Below, one piece after another: positions 12,190-26,043 of a DNA stretch of 64,000 nt. The DNA comes from Octopus sinensis. Lineage: Eukaryota. The position numbers and the translations under genes were made by a program. Every line of letters starts with the position of its first letter. Position 1 is the stretch's first letter. The notes beneath the pieces are model-generated. The model was not told the DNA's origin. It saw nothing but the letters and a program-made list of their open reading frames with translations, and made no database searches. Location: the NCBI RefSeq assembly GCF_006345805.1, contig NC_042999.1, forward strand, positions 54,374,001 through 54,438,000, read 5' to 3'.

Positions 12190-12470
12190 AGTGCGCGACA
12201 TGGGCATCCACATGAGTAATGGTGCTTTTTACTAGGTGCATGTTACTAAGTTGGCAATAAAACGCAGACGGTTGGCCGGATGGATCCTTCGAGCTTTTAG
12301 AACGAGAGAACAGGAAACCATGATAGTCTATTGATGGACATCCATACAATGTAAAGTTAACGACGGAACTCGAAGTAATCCAGCGACGCTACACAAGGTC
12401 GTCTCAATGCGACATGTCAGCTACCGGGAGAAACTGCAAAACTGAAGGCTCTACTCATATATATAATTAC
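12190..12470 (+). mobile_element. CR1-like LINE, 3' RT fragment
   Basis: VRDMGIHMSN..RRLAGWILRAFRTRE..ELEVIQRRYT..SYREKL. Confidence 0.8.
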
Positions 12471-12619
12471 TATGAAGCATTGTGTAGAATATATTGTATA
12501 AAAGATCGTGGGTAAAGCCAAAACAATGCGAAGTAAAGGCAAGGTAAATCACAAAAAGCAAATATAGGAATTAATGTTGACTTACTTTATATTCAATATT
12601 TCGGGGTTATGACCCCATT

Positions 12620-12900
12620 TACAAGAAATTGATGAATGTTGCCGATGTGTGTGCGTTGAGCGTTTGTGGAGTGGACATGCGCAGAAGGGTGCTGCTATAG
12701 CAATCAGCTAGCTTCCTGTAACTCCCTTCTATTGTTGATCTTAGGTTTCTTTTGGTGTATGAGGATAGCCTCAGAGATTCTAAGGTTGTCACTGCTCCGC
12801 TGTGTCACCTTGATGTGCACTGTGAACTCCCGGGTTTGGCATATCCTTAGATGTTTATTCACGGAAGCGTCTGCCTGCATGCTTTTCCTTAATGCGTGCA
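12620..12900 (-). mobile_element. PLE GIY-YIG C-terminal fragment
   Basis: SVNKHLRIC..LRISEAILIHQKKPKINNRRE matches the PLE endonuclease C-terminus (H...E...I....P.IN). Confidence 0.7.
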
Positions 12901-13463
12901 TGCAGGCAGACACTCCACGCGCGCGCGCTTGTATGTTTATGTGCGTGCCTGCTTTTATATTCTAAAATTGACAATGTGTCTAATTCTTAATTCTCCCACT
13001 AAAAGTGCCAAATTGATTTACAGAAGTTAATTAATAAGCAATTAACCAAACCCATACAGGTGAAATATCTGTTGGACTCGGGCGCAGTTTGAACTCCTAA
13101 TCTATGGTGATGTATCGAAATAGCCTGCGGTATGTTGTTTGTCGGTGAACTGACCCTGCCAAGTCTCCTTACTTCAATAAGGAACTTTTCCATCATAGGG
13201 AGCCATATTCTTTCTTAAAACACAAAGACAAACAAATGCTTTTTTCATTTCATAATCTAATTATTAATTTTTTTTTTTTTCAACTTTTCTAAAATTAATT
13301 TCTCGCTCCTTCATTTCATTCCATTCGAAATAAAACATCGTTTGTTCATTTCCTGTTTTTATCAAACATTCCTAAAACAAAAGTATCTATGCGTATATTT
13401 ATAAATATATACACGTGTCCATACGCACGCACACACGCGCATACACACAAACACACACATGTA

Positions 13464-13563
13464 NNNNNNNNNNNNNNNNNNNNNNNNNNNNNNNNNNNNN
13501 NNNNNNNNNNNNNNNNNNNNNNNNNNNNNNNNNNNNNNNNNNNNNNNNNNNNNNNNNNNNNNN
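13464..13563. other. Assembly gap (100 N)
   Basis: Run of N. Confidence 1.
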
Positions 13564-14086
13564 GCAAACTTTATGTGATCATTTTTTCCTGCATACCAGG
13601 CACTCAATGTTTTCACACATGTAAGGCAACACACATGAGGAGACCATGACTTATCCTGGTCTCCTAGGTAACAATCGAAGTACGCCTTGTATATTTTCTT
13701 GATATGGCATGTAATACTGCGCTTTTCTCTAGCAAAAGTCGGTTCCCCACAGATATAACAGAATCTGTTTGGATCATTTTTGCACTGTCTTGCACTCATT
13801 GTTAAAAATAAATAAGATATGAAAGATAAAAAATAACATTAAACACAAGCTTTGAATCACATTGTAGGTGTTATTAAAACTGGTCTCTAGCCCTGGGTTG
13901 AAACCCATTTTACAATACGGTAGAGAATTTTATTTAATAATAATTTTTAAAAAAGGGTATACAGTGAAAATTCTGTAGAAACGATGCTTAATTCAATAAA
14001 AAGAAGGCCAGAAATGGATTTCCCATGTTATTTTGCATATAAAAATGGCCACAGATCTCTTGTACTTTTTTGAGTGTTGCACAGTG
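13564..14086 (-). mobile_element. Chapaev3-like (CMC) DNA transposon 5' end; transposase N-terminal CDS at 13564-13799
   Basis: MSARQCKNDPNRFCYICGEPT..YFDCYLGDQDKSWSPHVCCLTCVKTLSAW (Cys/His-rich N-terminus); minus-strand terminus CACTGTGCAAC at 14086; truncated at the gap. Confidence 0.7.
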
Positions 14087-15117
14087 TAAGTGGTCAAAAA
14101 AGCCTTTGTCAAGGGATGGCATGCGGTTTCATTCCCCATTGAAGTTGGCTGCCGCAGCTTTTCAACTAGATTGGTGCGCTATTTCCTACGTAAGATTGGC
14201 CAGGAGTCCACACTACTAAGGAAATGCACGAAAGAGTTAAGTACAGCAGCTCAAACCAGCTGAAGATGGTTGTGGTTGATAAAAGATCGCTTGGAGGACC
14301 CTTCTGCAAGACTAGCTCATTTCTCGCTGCCCCACTAAGCCGGAGCGTACAAGCCAAGGGGCGAAATGCTTGTGACCCTGAGATACTTGCTAAGGATGTG
14401 GATAGGCCTCCAGATTGTAATGGATTCAGAAGAGCTTGTAAAACCGCTGAGTGGTTCTAGCAGTTTCTGTATGGGGCAAAGCATTTCTGGTGTTTATTTC
14501 ACCGAAAAGATTCTGTTATTAGCACACCGAGAACGTGTCACTCTAGAGATTCAATGTTTGTGTGTGTGTGTGTGTGGTGTGTGTTGTGTGTGTGTGCGTT
14601 TGTGAGTGTGTGGCTCACTGTATGTATGTGTGTGTGAGTGTGTGGAACACTGTATATGTGTGTTTGTGTGTCTGGCATTATGTATTTATGTGTAAGATTA
14701 TGTCTAAACGTGTGTATATGTTTGTGGTTGTGTTTGTGTTTGTGCATTTCTTTGTGGTTGTGTATGGTTGTGCGTGACTGCGTGCGCGCACGTGTGTGTA
14801 TGTGTGTGTGTGTGTGAGTGTGTGTGTGTGAGAGTGTGCTTCTTTGTGTGACGTTTTATAAACAGTACAAAAGTTTTCTTTCCCAATAATAACTTTTATA
14901 AAAAGAAAACTCCCCAAATAAATTCAAACAACAAACAACTGTGTGCGATTAAAACCAGTTGATAACCCTAATGTTATCGTGTTAAATCTGACATGTAAAT
15001 AGAAGTTAAATCTATAATTGGAATTAGAACTGTACATTATTGTCTTCAACTAAAATTAAAATATCGTTTATATATACATTCTTTTATTATTTTACTTGTT
15101 TCAGTCACCTGACTGCG

Positions 15118-15169
<52 letters not shown>

Positions 15170-16489
15170 CATGTATGTATGTATGTATGTATGTATGTAT
15201 GTATGTATGTATGTATGTATGTATGTATGTATGTATGTATGTATATATGCATGCATACATATACAGGTAGAATAGGTTTTTAAATATACCACGCTATATC
15301 TTACATAAACAAAATCAGACAAATGTTTATATATTTCAGTAGCAACGAAATAATTGGGTACCGGGTGTTTATGATGTTCTTTGCTTGTTGGTGATTGGCT
15401 GAGAAGGGGTTGAGTTTCATTCGTGAATTCTATTAATTGCTGTAACCAGTTCCATTTCTCTCCCATACCGCGTTTTGGTCATGCGAATCCATAAACCCTA
15501 AGGAATGACTCTTTTTTTTTCTCGGCGAAGAAAGCAAAATCTATCTGGAAGAACCTTTACAGAATTCTCATTTTTTAAATGAAATTTTCTACTGTTTGAT
15601 CAAAGCGTTTAACTAGTAAAAAACGGTTAATCGATAAATTGGTTAACGGAGTAACTAACCCATTGAGTAACAACGACTATAAAGGGCCATACCAGTGCGC
15701 GTGTTTATCTTTACCGGAATAATACCCCGATTCAATAGTGCAAGATTATTTGTAAACGTTAAATTTTCATAGCAGATTACATTTTCATTTCAGCTCTTGT
15801 ATTCTAATAAACGACTATATATATTGCAATATTTCAATTTTGATCGTCATCATAGAAAATGGTTACAAAATGGTGAAGGTGTCCTGCTATAAAGACGTAA
15901 ATGCTACTCATCAATAAGGAACTATTGATGCCATGTATAAGAAAAGACCTCCAGATATCTAGAGGTGATGGGAGTAGTTGCTTTTTCTAATGTTCGATAA
16001 CTCCAGTGATTACAACGGATTATCTAATGGAAGATAAAGTTACCTTGGATTGAGTTAAGGATAAGAGGAACATCAATTTTACACATCTCTTTCACAACAG
16101 GAAACATACTTCCAGTGGTTGTGTCTTCAGCTGGGCGGGTCGGTCGTCATAGCACAGTATTTTGTACAGCATTAATTCACGTAATCCTGAAATACTTTGT
16201 ATAAAATAGTAACTAACATATCCAGCAGTAAATAGTCTCTCTGGTTGGAAGTAACCTAACTGCATATAGATACAATATAGTGGCCACAGTTATAGCTATA
16301 AACATCAGAAATATAGTATTGTTGTTGTTGTTGACGTACTTATAAAATTATTATATGGTACTTATGTACCATATAATGGATGTTGTTTTGAGGTTTGGTG
16401 ACATCATGCCTCCTCGGTGTCTTCAAAGTTGTATGTGAATCCTGATCTGAGAGATATTGAATCCTGAGTAGAATAGAAATGGTGAGACT

Positions 16490-17040
16490 GTTTTACTTCT
16501 TTCAGTTATTTGACTGCGGCCATGCTGGAACACTGCCTTAAAGGGTTTAGGTCGAAGAAATCGATCTCAGGTCTTATTCTTTGTAAGCCTTGTACTTATT
16601 CTATCGAACTCTTTTACCGAACTGCTAATTTACGGAGACCTAAACACGCCAACATCGTTTGACAAGTGATGATGGGGGATGGGCCTAACACAGATACAGA
16701 TACACGCACACATAAATATATACATATATATTTCAGTTTCGCCGGGCGAAATGCTTAGCGGTATTTCGTCTGTCGTTACGTTCTGAGTTCAAATTCCGCC
16801 GAGGTCAACTTTGCCTTTCATCCTTTCGGGGTCGATAAATAAAGTACCAGTTTCGCACTGGGGGCGATATAATCGACTCAATCCCTTCGTCTGTCCTTGT
16901 TTGTCCCCTCTATGTTTAGCCCCTTCTGGGCAGTAAAGAAATATATATCCACTCACAAGGCTTTGGTCGATCCGAGGCTATAGTAGAAGACATTTGCCTA
17001 AGGTGCCACGCAACGGAAGTGAGCCCGGAACCATGTGTGT
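16490..17040 (-). mobile_element. SINE family B interrupted by a SINE family A copy (16741-16945, +)
   Basis: B consensus TTTCAGTTTC|..|ATCCACTCACAAGG is split by GCCGGGCGAAATGCTTAGCGG..GGGCAGTAAAGAAAT. Confidence 0.85.
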
Positions 17041-17543
17041 ATACTAAAGCGAAATTCCTACCTTCTCTATTCGCATTCGAGACTCACAAATTTGTTTTTC
17101 TTTTGTTTAAAGTTAAGGAGAGAATGAAAAAATCTAACAAAGTTCTTCAGCCAAAAATGTATCATAAAATATTTTGGCAAAAAAGCAAGCCTTAATATAA
17201 ATAGACTTCTATATTTCTCCACTATATTTTTAATCTAAGACATTTCCTATATTTTAACTCCAGACAACTCTGGAATTTAACCGAGTAGACGCTGCAGATT
17301 TGAACACCAAATAAAATAGACTATAAACTTTTATAAATTAAAAATATGAGTTTCGCAGTAAATTTTTCACGTTCAAAGTTGGTGAAAGATGTTTTGTTTG
17401 ACATCATTCATCAGCTTTTTTTTGTTATGTCTTCGCAGATTATGAGCTAATGCACGTATTCCGTACTTGAGTTTATGTTAGTATTATTTCTATCTGATGA
17501 TACGTGAATGCCTGCGTAGTATATACGTACGTAAATACATATG

Positions 17544-17617
<74 letters not shown>

Positions 17618-17741
17618 ATATATATATACTATATAATATATAATATAGTGTGTGTGTATTATATACCTAAGTATACACATGTGTATACATGTATACATCT
17701 GCATAAATATATACGCACACATAAATGTTTATATATGTTTT

Positions 17742-17777
<36 letters not shown>

Positions 17778-17926
17778 ATTATATATATATATATATATCA
17801 TATATATATATAGGGAGAATTTACGATAAAAGCAAAAGACGAAGACAGGGGTGTAGAAAACAAAAGATGTTGTATTAGTATAACGCTCGGGAATTGGAAA
17901 ATATATATTTAGTAGATAAATAGATT

Positions 17927-18022
<96 letters not shown>

Positions 18023-18302
18023 CATATATACATACATACATACATACATACATACATACATACATACATGCATACATACATACATACATGCATACATACA
18101 TACATACATACATACACACACATATACATACAAACATATATACATACATACATACATACATACATACATACATACATCATACATACATACATACATACAT
18201 ACATACATACATACATACATCATACATGCATACATACATCAAACATACATACATACATACATACATACATACATACATACATACATCATACATACATACT
18301 TA

Positions 18303-18665
18303 CAGGGTGCGATGGGTAAATTGTAGCCAATTTATATTTTTAATTACGCGAATGCGCGTTGTTTGTTTATCATTTTCTCAAATACGCAGTATGGTAGGGT
18401 CAGTTGGGCACCGTCTATGAGAAATACACCACCATAACGCAATTCACTTTGCCAGAAATTTGGAAATGACATGTGCTGTACTCATTGGCATACGCACCGG
18501 AAGTTCCAATACGAACATTTCAGAGTGTTTTGATGTCAATCCGAGGACAGAGCAGAGGATTCGGAAAGAGTTAGATGAGTTTAATGGTGATTACTAAAAT
18601 ACGGCAGCTCGGAAAACTCACTCTGATCGTTCTGATAAGAAAAGAACTCCTGAATTTGTTGTTGA
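18303..18665 (+). mobile_element. Tc1/mariner-superfamily element 5' end with HTH remnant
   Basis: TA|CAGGGTG terminus; remnant frame NISECFDVNPRTEQRIRKELDEFNGDY*..RKTHSDRSDKKRTPEFV; no right TIR found. Confidence 0.6.
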
Positions 18666-19131
18666 GAACTCCTCATTCTATATCGAGTGAAAAGAACGGT
18701 ATGGACGTTTTGTTTTGGTGCCTCGCTTTGCCATATACGACTATGAGGATTTGCATTCCCAACGTAACCCGTCTTTTTCCCAAACTTCTCAAACCTGCTA
18801 TAATGTAATACATGTCTTTGGTGTGATAATTGTGTGCGGCTGAAGAAGGCTATTGACATACATGTTACATCAATTATGCATTGATATAAACTGTCCAATA
18901 AAGCCAGAAACATATGTACCGCTAAATCCTTTGCATCCTGTTTTTCTTTTGATAAATATACCCTATCACCTACACCACTAACTGGCATATACAGGTGCTT
19001 ACAGTTATCAAATATTCACCCAGAATTTTTTGTACCTATATATACACGCACACACACACACACAATATATATACATATATATACATATATATGTCTGTAT
19101 TTATGTATAATGGAAACTATATATATACGTG

Positions 19132-19163
<32 letters not shown>

Positions 19164-20323
19164 TAATTACATATACATGTGTGTGTATTTGTGTGTGTGT
19201 AATGTATATATGGAAGTGCGTTGATTTTTGATAAAGGTGCGGTGACATGTAACAATGAAATAAACGTTTGATAACTGAACATCGAGGAACGGAAATACCA
19301 AATGTATTATTCTGCATTCTCTTGTACAAGAAGATCAGTTTTTATCTACGGCGGTGTCGAGAAGAGAGCCGCTAGTGTACTGCTTTTTAAGTCTGCTTTC
19401 GTTGTTGGGGAGTGTACATATGTCGCCCACGTAGCCAATGTCGTTAGGGGCGGCAGGCTTGGACAACAACCCTCGCTGTTTCATGTAACTATGATTATTA
19501 TTTGATATTTGTTTTTTGTGTGTTTCGTTAATTAGAGGGCTAATTGTGGGTTAGATTTTGTAAATGAGAACTTCCTCGGTAGAAATTCTGCTTACGCTCA
19601 TGTATGTATGCATGACATTATTCATTTTATTTCAACATTTCTTGCCAATAGAGAAAGAACCGGTTTCTATCTAAGATCCGAGGTTCCTTCATTGGAATTT
19701 CAATGTCATATGTACGCATGTGTGTATGTATGTATGTATGTATGTATGTATGTATGTATGTATGTATGTATGTATGTATGTATGTATGTATGTATGTACG
19801 TATGTGTGTATGTATGTACGTATGTATGTATGTATGTATGTATGTATGTATGTATGTATGTATGTATGTATGTATGTATACGTGTAGATTTGTATGTTTT
19901 GTTTTATGTATGTCTTCTCATGCATATAGTTGCATATCTAGACATGCTCATATATATATTTAAATGATAAACTTCTGGAACGTTTTACATATTTTTTACA
20001 GTTCCAGTGATGGCTTAGATCAGTGGTCTTCGAATTAGCTTTCTCCTTTCTGATTTTGAGAAGCCTAATTTCTTAAGATTAGTATTTAGACAGCGTGGTT
20101 TCATATATAGAGGGAAGATAAGAAATGGTTCCAAATACAATTAAACAATGACTTTTAAACACCAATAATCCATTTCTCATTGTTAATTATTCCTCCATTT
20201 CTTATCTTCGCTCCATATATATATATATATATAGGGAGAGTTTACGAAAAAAAAACAAAAGACGAAGACATGTGGTGTACAAAACAAACAGATGTATCAG
20301 TATAACGCTCAGGAATAGAAAAA

Positions 20324-20361
20324 GTCTTTTACGTTTCGAGCCTACGCTCTTCTACAGAAAG
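20324..20361 (-). ncRNA. Type-I hammerhead motif, variant core CUGUAGA, in a PLE terminal repeat (about 20231-20390)
   Basis: Minus strand: cttt-CTGTAGA-A-GAGC-gtag-GCTC-GAAAC-GTA-aaag. Confidence 0.7.
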
Positions 20362-20385
20362 GGACACAGAAAATAAAACAAGGAG

Positions 20386-20453
<68 letters not shown>

Positions 20454-20555
20454 GTATGTATGTATGTATTATCAAGTGGCCAGCGTGAAATAAAAAACAT
20501 TTTGTTATATTTTGGGGTTGTCATATTTTTTATATATGTACTTTTTGTAAATAGG

Positions 20556-20591
<36 letters not shown>

Positions 20592-20594
20592 TAA

Positions 20595-20667
<73 letters not shown>

Positions 20668-20779
20668 GATAGATAGATAGATAGCGAGAGAGAGAGAGAG
20701 AGAGAGAGAGATAAGGAAGGAGAGAAAAGAACTTCAGGTCATTCTGTCTCTCCCACAAGCTAAAAATGTTGTATTAAAG

Positions 20780-22590
20780 TAGTTTCTTTGTCAGTGCCAG
20801 ACTACTTCACGTTACGCCTCTTGGTCAACAATAGCTGGAGACCATTATTGTGAATAATTTCTTTCGTGTTGTTGCCATCTTCGCAATAATATTTACATGG
20901 AACAAGGCATCATTGCTCATACTCATTCGCCAGCCACTCACTGATTGTGACTCTGGGATCGCATTCTCACCTGGCCACAATGATCACACTGTTTTTGTAA
21001 ACTGATAAGGAACGCTTGAAATTTACCTGTATTGAATTGGAGGTTGTTTTCTTCAACCCTTAAATACCCTACATTTATACTTCGCGATAGTTTTGTGATA
21101 TCGTTAGGTTTTTTGGTTGTCTGTGATACTTCGGTACGACTAAGGCTATGTCTAAGACTAGCTTCAATACAGCTTCCAAAGAGACTCCACTAGGATTCAA
21201 TTATCTCCTCTGAGAGAGCACCGTTACCTGCGACTACCGAACATCTTACCTTTCTGAAACGTCATTCAGCCACTTCTTTAGTTTTCCAACAATGCCAAGA
21301 TCACGCAGTTTGTGATGAATATTATCGAAGTTTTTCGCAGAATCGAATTATACTCTCTGACTGACTTGTGTATACCAAGTGTCCTCGACTTCCAGAAATG
21401 CACCAAAAACAATGGCAATCGACAGGAGTAACCCTAGGAAACGTTTCAATAATTTCGCTGTTGTTTCAGAAGCTAACCATAATGAAGCAATGGATTAATG
21501 GTGCTGCGGTTCCTCCTTCACAGATAGAAGCAATGTTTTGTGTCAGCAAACAAACGATTTCTTGTCAGAAAGTCATCAGCTTCTTACAAATTAGAGTCAA
21601 GTCAGAAAGGCACAGAAATAAGCCTGTCATTTTTAACGTCGGTTCTCTTGCTTTCTTTTAGGGATGGAGCAAATAATAGCGTCTTTTAACTTTTCGGAAG
21701 TTTACCAAATGCGAGGAAGCTCACCAAAATTGTCTTCTTGCACGTTTTTAGAAGAATCGCTGAGAAACCAATGAGAACCTATTACAGAATTTCCCTTCGT
21801 TTCATCGAAGGGGTCATATGGCATTCCTCTCTTTTATGCTGATGGAATCACCGTTTCAATATTTAGGGTTTCAGTGCTAAAGAGTTCATCTGATTTATTT
21901 ATATGTATCCCAAAGGGTGGTGAAAACACTTTGGAATTGTTCATCCAATATTTCATTGAACCTTTTTCGAAGCCTACAGTCAGGGAGACATTTCCTTCAA
22001 ACAACGACCCTGTTTTAGAATTTACTGAAGCTGGTTCTTTTGCAAATTTAGAGAAAGAGTTCGTTTTCATATTTTCTACAACCCTGGTTTTAGTTTTTTT
22101 TTTATAGGAGAGACTGAGTCTGTTGCCGGTCTCTAAAGATGTCCTTTACAAGTGGGACCCCTTGCTGCCAGTAGGCTGTTTATCTAAGCGATTTGAGCTC
22201 TTACATCCTCGCCTCATAATGACTTTTTCTGTCTCTAGGAATAATACTTTTGTATATGCAGCCGTTTCTCTCTGGGGCAAATATAATTCCTATGGCTCAC
22301 ATTATTGACATAAACTCGTTAAATTTGATGTCATTTTCTTGCATAGACACATGTTCGAACCAGGACTGCTTCAGGATCTCTTGTTGGATCAGTTTTCAGT
22401 TTGATTCGGAAAGGGTTTGGAAAGGGTTCCAGTTCTACTTTTAGGGCCTATATCTATAAGTGGCTTTGTTCTACTATGTTAAGATCTGCAGAAATTGTTG
22501 GTGTCACCTTTTCACATTAGGATGATTTCCATATTGTTTGTGAAGCAAATATCCAAGGTATCGCTGTCATCTGGCTGACTATCGTATTGT
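20780..22590 (-). mobile_element. Degraded CR1-like LINE ORF2 (end of APE domain through RT)
   Basis: Minus translations DTLDICFTNNMEII (APE end), DSAKNFDNIHHKLRDLGIVGKLKKWLND (RT) and SNDALFHVNII; many stops and frameshifts. Confidence 0.8.
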
Positions 22591-22651
22591 TTTTTTACCC
22601 CATATTTATTTATATATACATACATACATACATACATTCATATATATATAT

Positions 22652-22739
<88 letters not shown>

Positions 22740-23334
22740 TGTATGTATGTATGTATATACGTATGTATGTATCAATATATAATTATATAAATATAATTAT
22801 GATAATAGGGCACTAGTGAATAGCGCCATATGTTAGAAATAGACGCCAAATGGCTCTAAGAACTGCAGTTATTTACTCCATTAGCATGAATTAAAAGCAA
22901 GAAAAGTGAATAAATTAAAATTTTTAAAGGAAGTTTAACTATAGATCGATTTCTGGTTTAGAGATGTAAAAATCTCTCTACCTTCTCATCAGTATAGTAT
23001 GACTAGTATATGCACGTGTTGAGGTGGATAAATTAGAATTTTCCTCGTATATAAATGTGAACATTTGTATATATGATAATGGGTGCGTGCTATTCGTATT
23101 GGTATGTACATTGAACCTTTTGTTACGAACCTCTTTTCCTGTGTGAGCGCTTTCGATTAACCTTTTCAAACACACGTGCTCTTAATGGATTTAGAGGAAG
23201 GGACAGTGCCCTTAGCTTTTTCAGTCCCTCCAGTGGATAGACACGAATGAAATACCTTTGATTCAATGTTATTAATACTACCTGTGGTTAAACAACAACA
23301 ACACTATCATCATTAATATCCTTTTCATTTCAAC

Positions 23335-23718
23335 TCTAGGCACAAGGCCCGAAATTTGGGGGTGGGGCAGTCGATTAGATCGACCCCAGTGCGCAACTGG
23401 TACTTAATTTATAGACCCCGAAATGATGAAAGGCAAAGTCGACCTCGAAATTTAAACTCAGAACATAAAGACAGACGGAATACCTATTTCTTTATTACCC
23501 ACAAGGGGCTAAACATAGAGGGGACAAACAAGGATAAACATAGGTATTAAGTCGATTACATCGACCCCAATGCGTAACTGGTACTTAATTTATCGACCTC
23601 GAAAGGATGAAAGGCTAAGTCGACCTCGGCGAATTTGAACTCAGAACGTAACGGCAGACGGAATACCGCTAAGCATTTCGCCCGGCGTGCTAACGTTTCT
23701 GCCAGCTCGCTGCCTCAC
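23335..23718 (-). mobile_element. SINE family A, full length with duplicated central domain
   Basis: Head GGCAGCGAGCTGGCAGAAACGTTAGCACGCCGGGCGAAATGCTTAGCGG on the minus strand, then two GTCGAC..TTTCATC..AAGTACCAG modules. Confidence 0.9.
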
Positions 23719-24614
23719 TACCATCATCAATATCATCAACACACAGTGTCAACAATACTTTGCCCATAATCCTGATATAATTGTTACGCCTCTATAACCG
23801 TTAGACCTCTTTCGCTAAGACACCTTTTTCCACTTAGAATCTGCAAGGTTAACAAACCCTGTCAAGAATGACTTTATTATGCAGTCACTCATCATTCAGA
23901 AATAACAGTGAAATCTCCCTTACGTCATAGCGTAACGTCTTAAAAAGAAGAAATCGTTGGATAATTGAACACAAGATATTTGTCTGAGAGAGAACATCGA
24001 TTTATCCATAGCTGCCACGTTCTATATTTTATTTGGACGGCTTTTGTGCCGTGTTACAAGTAGGAACATTCTGCATTTCTTGGAGAAAAGGGACATTTGA
24101 TGTAGTCCCTCCATTACTCTAACCCAGTACAATGAATCCGGTTATGAGAGTGTCAGGATGAAAGGAAGGCAGAGAGAAGGGTACATTAGTTCTTGGTTGA
24201 TACTTAATTGACTTCATAAGAATGGAAATTGATTGAAGTAGGAACAGAACTCACAGTCTAGAGAGCTAGAATAATTAGCACAAGCCAGTAGTCCCCAAAG
24301 CTCTAACAATTCTGCCAACCGACAAACCTATAGTCCTAGATAAACGTATATCTCAAGACAATATTGAACATTATTGCTCATATATCCGGTAGGTCAGGTT
24401 TCATTTCTGAACAGCATAAAACCAGTGTCATTAGAGAACCACGTACTCGCACTTGTTTACAACCTGAAGCATCGTTCCTGCGGTCAGAAATAGAAAAGCG
24501 AAGGAAAGAAATTGTTGCGTGTCAAGTGTTGCAGATACGGAAAGCTGGGTATGGAATATTTAAGAATTAATCTTTGAAAGACTGTGCCATTTGATAACGA
24601 AATAATATTCCTTT

Positions 24615-24810
24615 TGTGTCGGACAAAATGCTTAGCAGCATTTCGTCCGTCTTTACGTAGTGAGTTCAAATTCCGCCGAGGTCGACTTTGCCTTTCATCC
24701 ATTCGGGATCGATAAAATAAGTACCAGTCGAGTACTGGGATCGATTTATAATGGACTAAAACACCGCCCCTGAAGTTGCTGGCCTTTTGCCAAAATCTAA
24801 AACCAATATC
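24615..24810 (+). mobile_element. SINE family A
   Basis: TGAGTTCAAATTCCGCCGAGGTCGACTTTGCCTTTCATCC..AAGTACCAG. Confidence 0.85.
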
Positions 24811-25281
24811 TTGCGTAAATATTTAGAGCAGTGGCGATAACCCAAGTCACAATGGGTTACAGCTGACGTATACTAACAAGCAACTTGTTTACGTATCAGA
24901 GACGAAGATTTACACAGACTTCTTCGTCCACTTTCGCTTATCTCCGTTCTGACACTTAATGTGGTTTGTCTTACGTAATAACTTATTAACAATGTTATCG
25001 CTGTACAACATTAGACAATAAAAAAAATACTTGCGCCGCCCCCTTCCTAACTTCCCATTTTTGCCCTCGCCTAATCCATTACTCTCCCTCTCCACCCACC
25101 AAAAAGCCTGTCTCTCCTTCTCAATTTCCTTCAATATACATGTATGTACCGCTTTTATTTTACACAATTCCTTTCCTCAGCTCTCGTTGTTGTTCTCTTT
25201 TTTTTCCTGAAATTTATGTATACATTATACACATGCGTACAAATATATATATTATTATTATATATATAGATATATATATAT

Positions 25282-25340
<59 letters not shown>

Positions 25341-25539
25341 TATATATACATAGAGAGTAATACGTATTTTAGAATAGTTAAATTTGATTTATATCATTTT
25401 ACACACAGACACTGGAGCGCGTTTGTATATTTTGTATGAGAAAGCGTTTATAATAGAGTATAGTTTATATACAATAACATAAGCTCTTTTGTGGTGTGTG
25501 TTGGTGTGTGTGTGTAAATTTTTTATCTTTTATCTTTCT

Positions 25540-25945
25540 ATCTCTCGTTTCAGCCATTAGACTGCGGCCACGCTGGAACATCTCCTTTAAAACTCTTTCG
25601 TCGAATGAATCGACACCAGGACATTTTTTTTTAGTCTGGCACTTGTCTCATCGGTACTTTTTTCCCAACCGCCAGGTTACAGAAGCGTAAGCAAGCTAAC
25701 ACCGGTTGTCAGGTGGTATTGGGGAACAAACACACACGCACACACATATATATATATATGAATGAGAGAAGCCCGTCGTATCTATATAAACATACAACGG
25801 GCTTCTTTTAGTTCCCATCTACTAAATCCACTCACAAGGCTTTGGTCGGCCCGAGGCTATAGTAAAAGACACTTGCCCAAGGTGCCATGCAAGGGGGACT
25901 GAACCTGGAACCATGTGGTTGGGAAGTAAGCTTCTTACCACACAG
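25540..25945 (-). mobile_element. SINE family B
   Basis: Both halves recognisable. Confidence 0.85.
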
Positions 25946-25988
25946 CTACGCTCGTATACATGAAATATGTACACACACATATATATAC

Positions 25989-26043
<55 letters not shown>

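Noticed and set aside
14100-14560. GC-richer island with several short ORFs
   Set aside because: No frame gives a recognisable motif; probably an old retroelement remnant but unassignable.
15880-16330. Minus-strand hydrophobic peptide TIFLMFIAITVATILYLYAV suggesting a membrane-protein pseudogene
   Set aside because: Multiple stops and frame changes, no start codon or splice support, and no family recognised.
15865-17312. Tiny plus-strand exon candidates (ENGYKMVKVSCYKD; TTLEFNRVDAADLNTK*)
   Set aside because: Short AG..GT windows arise often by chance in AT-rich DNA, and no homology supports them.
18666-18990. 135-aa minus ORF containing GYVG..SRIWQSEAP, reminiscent of Tc1-family N.RIW..E.P
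   Set aside because: The similarity is too weak and the catalytic FSDE motif is not visible, so it was left unannotated.
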